This document shows, one piece after another, positions 17,974 through 26,177 of a stretch of DNA of 26,177 nt. Made by a program: the position numbers and the translations under genes. Source of the DNA: Candidatus Hermodarchaeota archaeon (GTDB lineage: Archaea > Asgardarchaeota > Lokiarchaeia > Sigyniarchaeales > SOKP01); the NCBI GenBank assembly GCA_048885925.1, contig JBHLLG010000036.1, forward strand, positions 1 through 26,177, read 5' to 3'. The notes below the pieces were generated by a model. The model was not told the DNA's origin. It saw nothing but the letters and a program-made list of their open reading frames with translations, and searched no databases. Each line of letters starts with the position of its first letter. Positions within the stretch are counted from its first letter, which is position 1.

Positions 17974-18008
17974 TTTTTATGTGTCGAAAGTTTTTCGACA
18001 CATAAAAA
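17974..18008. terminator. Perfect 16-bp inverted repeat with 3-nt loop (hairpin) between convergent genes
   Basis: TTTTTATGTGTCGAAA-GTT-TTTCGACACATAAAAA; preceded by T-tracts; overlaps the left edge of repeat B2. The repeat is certain, the terminator role is inferred. Confidence 0.6.
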
Positions 18009-18071
18009 TTTGAATGAATTTATATTAATTAGTCTAAATTATTTATTCCAATTAAATCTTTAAGATTAAAT
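18003..18071. repeat. Direct repeat B2
   Basis: Partner of 14505-14573; offset 3498 bp. Confidence 0.92.
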
Positions 18072-18155
18072 GCTGATTAACTTTGAAGATTTAATGTCTT
18101 AGGTAAACAAAATCAGGATTCATATATTATTGACAAATAAAAAATTTTAAAAAAG

Positions 18156-18920
18156 TTAATTTTTAGTGGTAACAGTTTCAATAATTTTACCGTCTCTCAT
18201 TTTTAGCATCCTTTCAGCAAGAACACCAACCATAGGATCGTGGGTTACCATTAAAATCGTTTGTTTAAGCTCTTGATTGAGTTCTCGTAATAGTTTAACA
18301 ATCTCCATACCCATTGTTGTATCAAGTTCTCCCGTTGGTTCATCAGCAATTAAGATGGAAGGTTCATTACATAATGCACGTGCAATAGCAACTCTTTGTT
18401 GCTCTCCACCCGAAAGTTCTGAAGGTAAGTAATCCTTCTTCTCTATTATGCCTACAAGGTCAAGAAATTTATTAACATTTCTTTCTATATCCTCTTTACG
18501 TTTACCAGCAAAAACCATTGGAAGTTCTGCATTTTCATAAGCTGAAAGCACAGGTACAAGGTTATAAAACTGAAAAATAAATCCAATTTCTTTTAGTCTT
18601 AAATTTGTACGTTGCGCATCATCCATATGAGCTATATTTGTTCTATTTATGTACACTGCACCACTTGTAGGATTATCGAGAGCTCCTATCATGTTTAAAA
18701 GGGTAGTTTTTCCAGAACCTGATGGTCCCATAACTGAAACAAATTCACCTTTCTTAATATCTATACTAACTCCATTTAGGGCTCTAATTTCAATCCCTTC
18801 CGTAATGTTATAAATTTTGGTCAAATCAAAAGTCTGGATCATAGCATCAGGATCTATTTCATAGCTTTTTATTTCCTGAGCTACTGAACCGTGTTTTTTT
18901 CCTTTTTTAAGTATTTTCAT
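18156..18920 (-). CDS. ABC transporter ATP-binding protein (LolD/MacB/FtsE family), subunit 2
   Basis: GPSGSGKTT, IGFIFQFYNL, LSGGEQQRVAIARAL, ADEPTGELD, VTHD; GAGGT RBS 7 nt before ATG. Confidence 0.95.
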   Translation of the reverse strand: MKILKKGKKHGSVAQEIKSYEIDPDAMIQTFDLTKIYNITEGIEIRALNGVSIDIKKGEFVSVMGPSGSGKTTLLNMIGALDNPTSGAVYINRTNIAHMDDAQRTNLRLKEIGFIFQFYNLVPVLSAYENAELPMVFAGKRKEDIERNVNKFLDLVGIIEKKDYLPSELSGGEQQRVAIARALCNEPSILIADEPTGELDTTMGMEIVKLLRELNQELKQTILMVTHDPMVGVLAERMLKMRDGKIIETVTTKN

Positions 18921-18934
18921 GTTTTATACCTCTA

Positions 18935-19738
18935 TCATGAATTATAGATTTCTTCAATAGGTTTTCCACCTTCTTTTTCACCAGTAAATTGTCCATCTCT
19001 GAGGGTTATAATCCTATCAGCTACTTCAGCGATTCTTATATTATGTGTTACCATTAATATTGACTCTCCAGCGTTCTTTAACTCTAAGAAAATTTTCATA
19101 ATATTTGTAGTTGTCTCTGTATCAAGTTCCCCTGTAGGTTCATCAGCAAGAATAATAAGGGGTTCGTTAACTAAAGCTCTTGCTATTGTAACTCTCTGTT
19201 GTTCTCCACCGGACATCTGAGTGGGCAGATGTTCCATTCGTTCATGAAGCCCAATTCGTATTAAAAGATTTTTAACTTTTTCTTCTCTTACTTTAGGATC
19301 TTTTTTAGCTAACACCATCGGAAGCTCTACGTTCTCGTAAGCTGTGAGAATTGGAAAAAGATTGTAAAATTGAAAAATCAATCCAATTTTTTTTAATCTC
19401 ATTTTTTTATATTGTTTATTGGTCATTTGTGTGATATCGAGCCCCATACCCTTCGCATCGACATTATATATGATCTTACCTGAATCTGGAAAATCAAGAG
19501 CGCCAAGACAATTTATTAATGTTGTTTTACCAGAACCAGATGGACCTACAATTGCAATAAATTCACCTTTTCTAACTGTTAATTTAACCTTGTTAAGTGC
19601 TGTAATTGTGGAATTACCTATTGTGTAAGTTTTAACAAGATCATGCACATCAAGAACTATATTAGGATCTATCCTAACTGCTCTTGCCGTAGATCTTTGT
19701 TCTTTATTCATTCTCACTTTTTTCTTTTTAGTTGATAT
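18935..19738 (-). CDS. ABC transporter ATP-binding protein (LolD/MacB/FtsE family), subunit 1
   Basis: GPSGSGKTT, IGLIFQFYNL, MSGGEQQRVTIARAL, ADEPTGELD, VTHN. Start uncertain: TTG 19768, ATA 19738 (5 nt after AGGTGA, preferred) or a downstream ATG. Confidence 0.93.
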   Translation of the reverse strand: MSTKKKKVRMNKEQRSTARAVRIDPNIVLDVHDLVKTYTIGNSTITALNKVKLTVRKGEFIAIVGPSGSGKTTLINCLGALDFPDSGKIIYNVDAKGMGLDITQMTNKQYKKMRLKKIGLIFQFYNLFPILTAYENVELPMVLAKKDPKVREEKVKNLLIRIGLHERMEHLPTQMSGGEQQRVTIARALVNEPLIILADEPTGELDTETTTNIMKIFLELKNAGESILMVTHNIRIAEVADRIITLRDGQFTGEKEGGKPIEEIYNS

Positions 19739-19768
19739 TTTTATCACCTTTTTTATTTTATAATACAA

Positions 19769-22700
19769 TTATCTGGTTCTTACTGCATCTATAATATTTA
19801 AATTTGCAGCCCATTTTGCTGGATAACGTGAGCTCAGAATTACAGTTAGTAATACTGTTCCTACTAAAATGCCAATAGTTAACCATGGAATGGTCCAAGT
19901 AACGGCGAGAAATCCACCTCCAGGCATCGTATCCACCATCAAGGTACCTAAAATTAAACCTGCAAGAATACCTGTAAATAGGCCTAAAAGTGCTAAAATT
20001 AAGGTTTCTCCTGATATTGAACGTATGACGCCTTTTTTACTTAATCCTATTGATCTAAGCATACCTATTTCTCTCCTACGCGCCATGGTTGTAAGAAGAC
20101 TATGAAGTGTTAAACCGATCATTGCGATTATTATAGATAAGATAAGTAAGCCATTTGTTATGAAGACAATTAAATTAAGCATAGTTGTGAAGGTGGATCT
20201 CATAAAAGATTTTGTAAACGAGAATATTATAAGATACCCTCTATCTTCAATAAATTGGACTAATTCTTCTAAGACTGTTTCATCTTTTACTCCTTTTTCT
20301 ATCCATGCGAACCAATCATATACATTAGTTCTGATTTGTAGATTGAAAGATTTAACGTCCGCTATTGACCAGTACCCACCTGCCATAAGGGTAAGATCTT
20401 GCATTAGCTTATCCTTAGTAGTGGTAATATTATATGGATCATTACAATGGACTAAAACGGAAGTTATCATATCAGTAGAATAATTATTTCCTTTATATTT
20501 AGAATAAATGATGCTTCTAGCCTTATCATAATTAATGTATACTGAATTTCCGCTAACATCAATACCTGTTTCAAAACCAGCATACCAATGGTACCTCTCT
20601 GTATTATTTAATGTAGGTGTGTCAATAATTCCAATAATTTCGAACTCTGGCCATGTGAAAGGATTAGTTAGGGAATAAGATGAGATTGCTACTCCAAATT
20701 TTAAACTATCAATCGTTAAATTATAATTACTATTATACGTAGAATTCTGCCCTATTATTCTTAATTTGATATTATTCATTGGATCAAAATAATAATGATT
20801 TAAATTGAAAGTAAAAGTATTATTATTTTCTGCCGAGTTACTAATAGGTCCTAGACTTTCAAATGCATTAGTATATATATTAAATGCTTCCAAATCGAGA
20901 TTGTCCACAGTGGTATTAAGTGAAGTTTCAATTGTAACATTAATAGCACTATAAATATTAGGGGTTAGAAAACTAGTAGTTATGTTAAATGCAAGCCACT
21001 CATGATTACTAACAAAAGAGAGGTAAATATTGTCAGAAAGATATAAATCAGTTGTACTACCCGAGGTTGATGTATAATTATTCATATAAGGAAAAACAGT
21101 TGTATTATAGGGAAGATATCCTACGGGTACAGTTCCCAAAATGAATTGTTGTGGAAAAATACTGATATTATCACCAATCCCTAATGAAGGATGATTCTTA
21201 ATAAAGATTTCATCAACAACACACACATTTTCTGTTGTTGCATTTAAAATTTCTTCCATTGTGGTTCCATCATATCCTATTTTTTGTTCTATAAGATGAT
21301 TATTTCCAAAATAAGAATCAGATTTTAAATTTCCACTTGATTTAGTGAGAATACCAACCACTGGAGTCTGAAAATCTGGCTCTAAACCATCAAATATAGG
21401 TGTAAAATAATCCATTCTCGTAGTATAATACTCAATTCCACTAATACTGTCCAATATTGTCTTTATATTAGAAAAATTGAACCAATTTGATTGAGCAATA
21501 TCTGTCATTGGACTTCCAGTTTGAGTTAATTGCCTGAAAACCATATCAGTGCCTCCTCCAGGTAAACTTTTTGATGCGATTTCTTCATAAGTTGTCCACG
21601 AGATAAACATGTTGTAAGTCTTTCCTTGGCTTGTACCCATAAGATCTAGGGTTGAAAAACCTTGAAGATTACTAATAATTGCAATAACGCTCATATTTAT
21701 TACATATATATCTTCATGTATATTATAGTCATCTCCATTCAATATTGCGGTCAAATTCGCATAGGTTAAACCTAAAGAGAATTTTACAGGTAAAGTTTCA
21801 CCAACTTTGACATCATAATTGTCGGCAAATTCCTTGTCAATTATAATTTTATTTCCCATTTCAATTTCATTCATCATTTCAATTAGACTCATAGCTTTAG
21901 GTGATATTATTTCAGTTTTCGTCATATGTTCGCTAATTTTAGCTGTATCTATTACATTTATCATTATAGATTCATTCCATTCGTTATCAAGTAAGCTGTG
22001 TCCAATCCAATCATTATTCATTTGGATTTGAGCATTCTGATGACTCACACCCATTACATCCTTTACTCCTGATTGGTTGATGAGTCCGTCTTCGAAAGAT
22101 CTGGGAGTATTAAAAGTATAGACTCGAATATCAGCTCCCATAAAGTTATTAATAGTAGTATTAACGCCTGATCTCATTGAGTCCATCATAACACTCACCC
22201 CAATAAGAAAACTTGTTGTCAGTGCGATCATAATGAAAGTTAGGGTCGTTCTTCTTCGATGTCTCAGAATATTCTTCTCAGTTAATAATCTTGTTTTTCG
22301 AAGATAAGGAGAAAATAGTTTTACAAAAGCTTTATTAAGCGGTTTGATAATAAGCGCCATTATCCAAATAATTCCAAATAAGATAAAAATAGGACCAAAC
22401 ATTGAAAGAACCATTCCTTGCTGGGCTCCTGGACCTTGAATTTCTATAGGAGCATCAGGACTTGAAATAATAAACCAAATGCCAGTAAAAATTAGTAACC
22501 CGCCTAATATGAATAATATTAGCCTTCTCCAATAATGTTTTTTCTCTCTTTTAGTCTTCTCTTCAATAGGATTTAAACATTCAATAATAGGTTTACGGCT
22601 TGCTTTCCAACTAGGATAAAGTGAAGCAAATATACAAGAGATTAGCCCTACTAACAATGTAATTATGAGAGTAGTTGGATATAAAACAATTTCAAAATCT

Positions 22701-23941
22701 GAAATCGCAAATCCTGCCATTTGAGCTGCAATATCTTGAATTGCTTGCAATGTAACTGAAAATATTACATAAGCTATAAAATAGGAAAATATTGTTCCTA
22801 TCGTTGCTCCGATTATTCCCATTACTATACCTTGAGTTAAGAACATTTTAAATGTTTCTGATTTAGAAGCGCCAATTGCTTGAAACATGCCGGTTTCGTA
22901 CTCTTGTTCTTTTTTAATAATATTAAAAATATTCATCATTAATATTATTGACAGGATTAGTGCTATAATACCAAACAACGCAAACATAGTCCGCATTGCG
23001 CTCATCGTTGTTTCTATCATTTGTAAATTATCTGATTTTAAGTCTTCGACTTTCCAATCTCTTCCATCATTAAGATTTATTAAATTATTTTCAATCGTCA
23101 TCGCCACTGAAGAAACTGTATATATATCGTCAACACCTACAACACCTAAATTAAATTCACCAGTGTGGTTTTCTGTACCATCTACAAGTTCATGTGTATT
23201 TTTAATATTTGCAAATATACCAGGACCTTGTGAGAACATAGTAGATTCCATAGTAGATTCTGAACTATCCTCTGGATCGAAATCGCGTGCTTCACCAATA
23301 TCTCTAATTATGGCAACGACAGTATATTCTATCCATGTACCTGTATCAAGAGGATTATATCCCAAATATTCTCCTTCTTTTGGTAAAATCCAAACAGTAT
23401 CGTTCGCTTCAAAATTTTTTCCTAACTCAATTTTTAATGATTCCGAAATAACTACTACTCTATCTCCAGTAATTTCATGTGTATATTCAAGAAGTTCTTC
23501 AATTGTATCACCACCATTTATGGAATCTATTATATATGGCTTCCCACCTAACTTTTGTTCATCTAAATTTTGAGGATCAATACCATAAATTCCAGTTATA
23601 GTACTATTGTCTACTTGATTTCCACTTCCAGTAGCACTAGCATAAACATTAAACCCCGAAATCCTGTAAGCAGTCGATTCAACATGTTTAACCTCTTCAA
23701 TTTCACTATTAATTTCATTGGGAACAAACCACCCATCGGTACTATTAGTAGATCTGATTAAAATGTCTGCAGTACCCAATTGCTCATCAATAGTTTTTAA
23801 CATCATTTCATTGAATGAATCAGAGACAATCATAACTCCTCCAAACAATGCTACACTTATTATAAGTGTAATTGTAGTCAAAATATAGCGAACTTTCCGT
23901 CTTTTCATATTACGTAAGGCAATTTTAGTTATTACACCCAT
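19769..23941 (-). CDS. Giant FtsX/MacB-family ABC permease (two fused permease modules, expanded extracytoplasmic domains)
   Basis: IALRNMKRRKVR.ILT / KNILRHRRRTTLT module starts, ETGMFQAIGASK and RRREIGMLRSIGLSK motifs, YPSWKASRKPIIECL and YPAKWAANLNIIDAVR module ends; many N-x-S/T sequons. Confidence 0.92.
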   Translation of the reverse strand: MGVITKIALRNMKRRKVRYILTTITLIISVALFGGVMIVSDSFNEMMLKTIDEQLGTADILIRSTNSTDGWFVPNEINSEIEEVKHVESTAYRISGFNVYASATGSGNQVDNSTITGIYGIDPQNLDEQKLGGKPYIIDSINGGDTIEELLEYTHEITGDRVVVISESLKIELGKNFEANDTVWILPKEGEYLGYNPLDTGTWIEYTVVAIIRDIGEARDFDPEDSSESTMESTMFSQGPGIFANIKNTHELVDGTENHTGEFNLGVVGVDDIYTVSSVAMTIENNLINLNDGRDWKVEDLKSDNLQMIETTMSAMRTMFALFGIIALILSIILMMNIFNIIKKEQEYETGMFQAIGASKSETFKMFLTQGIVMGIIGATIGTIFSYFIAYVIFSVTLQAIQDIAAQMAGFAISDFEIVLYPTTLIITLLVGLISCIFASLYPSWKASRKPIIECLNPIEEKTKREKKHYWRRLILFILGGLLIFTGIWFIISSPDAPIEIQGPGAQQGMVLSMFGPIFILFGIIWIMALIIKPLNKAFVKLFSPYLRKTRLLTEKNILRHRRRTTLTFIMIALTTSFLIGVSVMMDSMRSGVNTTINNFMGADIRVYTFNTPRSFEDGLINQSGVKDVMGVSHQNAQIQMNNDWIGHSLLDNEWNESIMINVIDTAKISEHMTKTEIISPKAMSLIEMMNEIEMGNKIIIDKEFADNYDVKVGETLPVKFSLGLTYANLTAILNGDDYNIHEDIYVINMSVIAIISNLQGFSTLDLMGTSQGKTYNMFISWTTYEEIASKSLPGGGTDMVFRQLTQTGSPMTDIAQSNWFNFSNIKTILDSISGIEYYTTRMDYFTPIFDGLEPDFQTPVVGILTKSSGNLKSDSYFGNNHLIEQKIGYDGTTMEEILNATTENVCVVDEIFIKNHPSLGIGDNISIFPQQFILGTVPVGYLPYNTTVFPYMNNYTSTSGSTTDLYLSDNIYLSFVSNHEWLAFNITTSFLTPNIYSAINVTIETSLNTTVDNLDLEAFNIYTNAFESLGPISNSAENNNTFTFNLNHYYFDPMNNIKLRIIGQNSTYNSNYNLTIDSLKFGVAISSYSLTNPFTWPEFEIIGIIDTPTLNNTERYHWYAGFETGIDVSGNSVYINYDKARSIIYSKYKGNNYSTDMITSVLVHCNDPYNITTTKDKLMQDLTLMAGGYWSIADVKSFNLQIRTNVYDWFAWIEKGVKDETVLEELVQFIEDRGYLIIFSFTKSFMRSTFTTMLNLIVFITNGLLILSIIIAMIGLTLHSLLTTMARRREIGMLRSIGLSKKGVIRSISGETLILALLGLFTGILAGLILGTLMVDTMPGGGFLAVTWTIPWLTIGILVGTVLLTVILSSRYPAKWAANLNIIDAVRTR

Positions 23942-24061
23942 AGTTGTCTATCTCGTTTTTATTGAATTTTATTTGAATTTGAATTTTTTTTATTAATTCT
24001 CTATTTTGTTTTTTTTAAATTTTAATATCGATTTTTCTATTTGTTGTTTTAAGTCCTTTAA

Positions 24062-24096
24062 TTCTCTAATTTAATGTATTAGGGGTTATTAGAGAA
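24062..24096. promoter_or_regulatory. 9-bp inverted repeat TTCTCTAAT-N17-ATTAGAGAA upstream of the giant-permease operon
   Basis: Perfect arms at 24062-24070 and 24088-24096, between the mutase stop and the permease start; operator or terminator role is inferred. Confidence 0.3.
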
Positions 24097-24120
24097 AAGA
24101 AGTAGGATATATGAATTTTG

Positions 24121-24294
24121 TTATTTATAATTATTACCTATATATTCCATTACTTTTTGTATCTCTTCTAGATGAGTTTCTACGTTCCCAAAAATATAGA
24201 ATCTAACTTCTGGACCTGTTCCACTTGGTCTGAAATAAAGAGTTGAATCATTACTTTTTAATTGATAGATATCTATCATATCATTATTATCTGA
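24121..24294. repeat. Direct repeat C2 (functional mutase 3' end)
   Basis: Partner of 16256-16430; offset about 7864 bp. Confidence 0.9.
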
Positions 24295-25878
24295 TAAAGC
24301 ATGAACATCATAATTTTTTCCTCCAATTTTAACTCTTTTTCGATTGTTTAGTTCAAAGTTTTTCATAATATTAATTTTCTCTTCATCACTAGCAGAAATC
24401 GTAAGATTAATTCCTTTTATTGACCAATCAATTGATTTAGAGATGACAAAACCCCGACATATGAGTTCTGTAATTAAAATTAAGGCAGGAACAGGATATT
24501 TATCAGCAATAATGGCAAAATCAGTTTTGAAATTGTATTCCCCTGTCTGTTTATTCTTTATTATATCCAATAAATTGAGGGTATGACCTCCACTTTCTTC
24601 CCAATAAACCATTAAAAAAGATTCTTTCTCTATTTTTTGATTTTCCATTAATTTTATTATTTCTGCTTTAAGAGGATCTGGTGTATTTATCTTTATTAGA
24701 TTTCTATTCTCATCTTCAAAATAAAGAATTGCAGTATCAATTTTGGATTGATCAACTTCTATTCCCAGAAGGAAATACATAATTACTCCAAGGTGCTTAT
24801 ATCCAACTCCTGTTAAAATATTTATGAAACTCTGGTCATCGCTACGTAGGTCTGTTGGGATTGTTCTAACATTAACAATCCTTTTTCCATATTCCTTAGC
24901 TAAAATATTATGCATAGCAGAATAAATTTCATTAGGTATATAAGTGATATATTTTCCGTTTTGCTTAATATATAAGGCAATTCGATCTCTGTCTGCATCA
25001 AGTAATATTGCTACGTCTGAATTAACTTGATTCATAACACTTTGTAATTTATTTTCTCTAATTATTTTTATAGGATTCGGAGGATTGACTTCTTCCTCAA
25101 TTAGAGTTATTTTAGCACCGTATTCTTTAAAAAGATTAACAATTCCCCTTGCTTTTCCTAAATATGGCCAAATAACAATGTTTTTGCCTTTTATACTCTT
25201 GATCTCTAATACTCGTGATAAGAGTCTTTGTACATATTCATTATTTTTTTTCTCAGCATCAATAAAAATTGGATTGACAGATTTTAAATAAATTTCTCTA
25301 CATTCCAATGCTTTTTTAGATATTTCTTTAGATAAATTTCCCGATAAAGGTATTGGGAAATCAAAATAAACTTTAATTCCATTCCAAGATAAATCATTAT
25401 GACTAGCTGTCAAAATAATAACCAGATTTATATCATCATACAAAGCTACTGAAGCAGCTCCATAAGGAGAAGATATTCTTGATTTACCAGCTTCATCAAT
25501 TTGATAAAAAATGTTGAATCCATCATAAGCAAAAATCTCAGAACAATATTTTAATAAAATATCATTAGTTGGTCGGTCATCAGTAACTATTAAAATTTTG
25601 AGATTATGATTATTTTTCATTTCTTTAAATTGTTGGCTAATAGCTTTAAATACTCTAAAGAATAGAAAGAGCTTTTTCTTTGTTAATAAATATTGTTCTA
25701 CTTGTTCCTCTTTTTTAACATCAAAGATTTGAATCCTCAATCCTGAAGTTGGAGCAACAATTGGATCAATTATATCTTTTTCTTCATCTGTTAGTTCTGT
25801 TAACTTTAAAAGTTGACTTCCATCTTCTAATTGTTCTACTTCAATATCTTCGATATCAAATTCAATCAGATGATCCAC
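24121..25878 (-). CDS. Alpha-D-phosphohexomutase (phosphoglucomutase/phosphomannomutase family), divergent
   Basis: Phospho-Ser loop LTASHN..WNGIK, metal loop LDADRDR, GVGYK, WEESGG, phosphate-binding RPSGTGPEVRFY; acidic N-terminal extension; GTG start uncertain. Confidence 0.9.
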   Translation of the reverse strand: MDHLIEFDIEDIEVEQLEDGSQLLKLTELTDEEKDIIDPIVAPTSGLRIQIFDVKKEEQVEQYLLTKKKLFLFFRVFKAISQQFKEMKNNHNLKILIVTDDRPTNDILLKYCSEIFAYDGFNIFYQIDEAGKSRISSPYGAASVALYDDINLVIILTASHNDLSWNGIKVYFDFPIPLSGNLSKEISKKALECREIYLKSVNPIFIDAEKKNNEYVQRLLSRVLEIKSIKGKNIVIWPYLGKARGIVNLFKEYGAKITLIEEEVNPPNPIKIIRENKLQSVMNQVNSDVAILLDADRDRIALYIKQNGKYITYIPNEIYSAMHNILAKEYGKRIVNVRTIPTDLRSDDQSFINILTGVGYKHLGVIMYFLLGIEVDQSKIDTAILYFEDENRNLIKINTPDPLKAEIIKLMENQKIEKESFLMVYWEESGGHTLNLLDIIKNKQTGEYNFKTDFAIIADKYPVPALILITELICRGFVISKSIDWSIKGINLTISASDEEKINIMKNFELNNRKRVKIGGKNYDVHALSDNNDMIDIYQLKSNDSTLYFRPSGTGPEVRFYIFGNVETHLEEIQKVMEYIGNNYK

Positions 25879-25919
25879 CTAAACTAGATTACAATTAATT
25901 CTTAATATTTTTTATATTT

Positions 25920-26177
25920 TTAAGAAATTTGCTTTATAGCTTCTTTTAAAATTGCTAACATTTTTTCTCTATATATAGGTTCAATAGCAATCATTCCATG
26001 AGTCTTGATAATACGTTTTTCACTGGATAAAATTCTTTCACAGAATTCTGGTGTTAATCTATTTGGCAAATCCTGTTTATTCGCAATACCTATTACCAGT
26101 TTATCTTGATAAAATTTATCCAAAATATCATGGATTATTTCTTTAGAATTATTAATGTTTTCATAAGTAGAATCTGT
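25920..26177 (-). CDS. Small Arf/Rab-like GTPase, C-terminal part (5' truncated by window)
   Basis: Frame is open to the window end: TDSTYENINNSKEIIHDILDKFYQDKLVIGIANKQDLPNRLTPE..HGMIAI; G4 motif NKQD and beta4-DS pattern. Confidence 0.82.
   Translation of the reverse strand, partial: TDSTYENINNSKEIIHDILDKFYQDKLVIGIANKQDLPNRLTPEFCERILSSEKRIIKTHGMIAIEPIYREKMLAILKEAIKQIS

Noticed and set aside
19869-23761. Antisense ORFs (incl. 228 aa at 22887-23573) and other short opposite-strand ORFs in the track
   Set aside because: Shadows of well-supported genes; Ile/Ser/Phe-rich composition typical of antisense frames.
1-26177. CRISPR array, tRNA/rRNA, transposase or integrase
   Set aside because: No regularly spaced repeats, no GC-rich structured RNA gene and no recombinase motifs were seen by eye; tRNAscan and Rfam were not run.

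Overview
AT-rich (roughly 30% GC by eye) archaeal chromosomal window, most likely from an Asgard archaeon (Lokiarchaeia-like). This is inferred from an Arf-like small GTPase, a V4R/Bet3-like protein, a short XPF/ERCC4 nuclease and GAGGT/GGTGA-type ribosome-binding sites. The left 12 kb is mostly housekeeping: site-2 protease, ABC-2 exporter, two LMW phosphatases, nadB, tail-anchored subtilase, membrane hydrolase, ERCC4 nuclease, TauE and 3-hydroxyacyl-CoA dehydrogenase. The right half (12.2-24.3 kb) is a plasticity zone with no integrase or transposase but several interleaved direct repeats. (A) The last 92 bp of the acyl-CoA dehydrogenase gene is present twice, 1001 bp apart, bracketing one secreted orphan gene. 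(B) A 69-bp ACAD-upstream segment is repeated 3498 bp away. (C) A decayed 175-bp copy of the phosphohexomutase 3' end lies 7.86 kb from the intact gene. (D) Two copies of a ~1.53-kb unit (about 516-bp conserved non-coding leader plus orphan dppC) start exactly at the breakpoints of B and C. The pattern suggests repeated capture of cargo at the 3' ends of metabolic genes, with replacement of the gene end by a divergent allele. The window also holds a 1390-aa FtsX/MacB-type permease with nested extracytoplasmic domains and two ATPases, and several genes that appear to start at ATA/ATT. All alignments and counts were done by eye.
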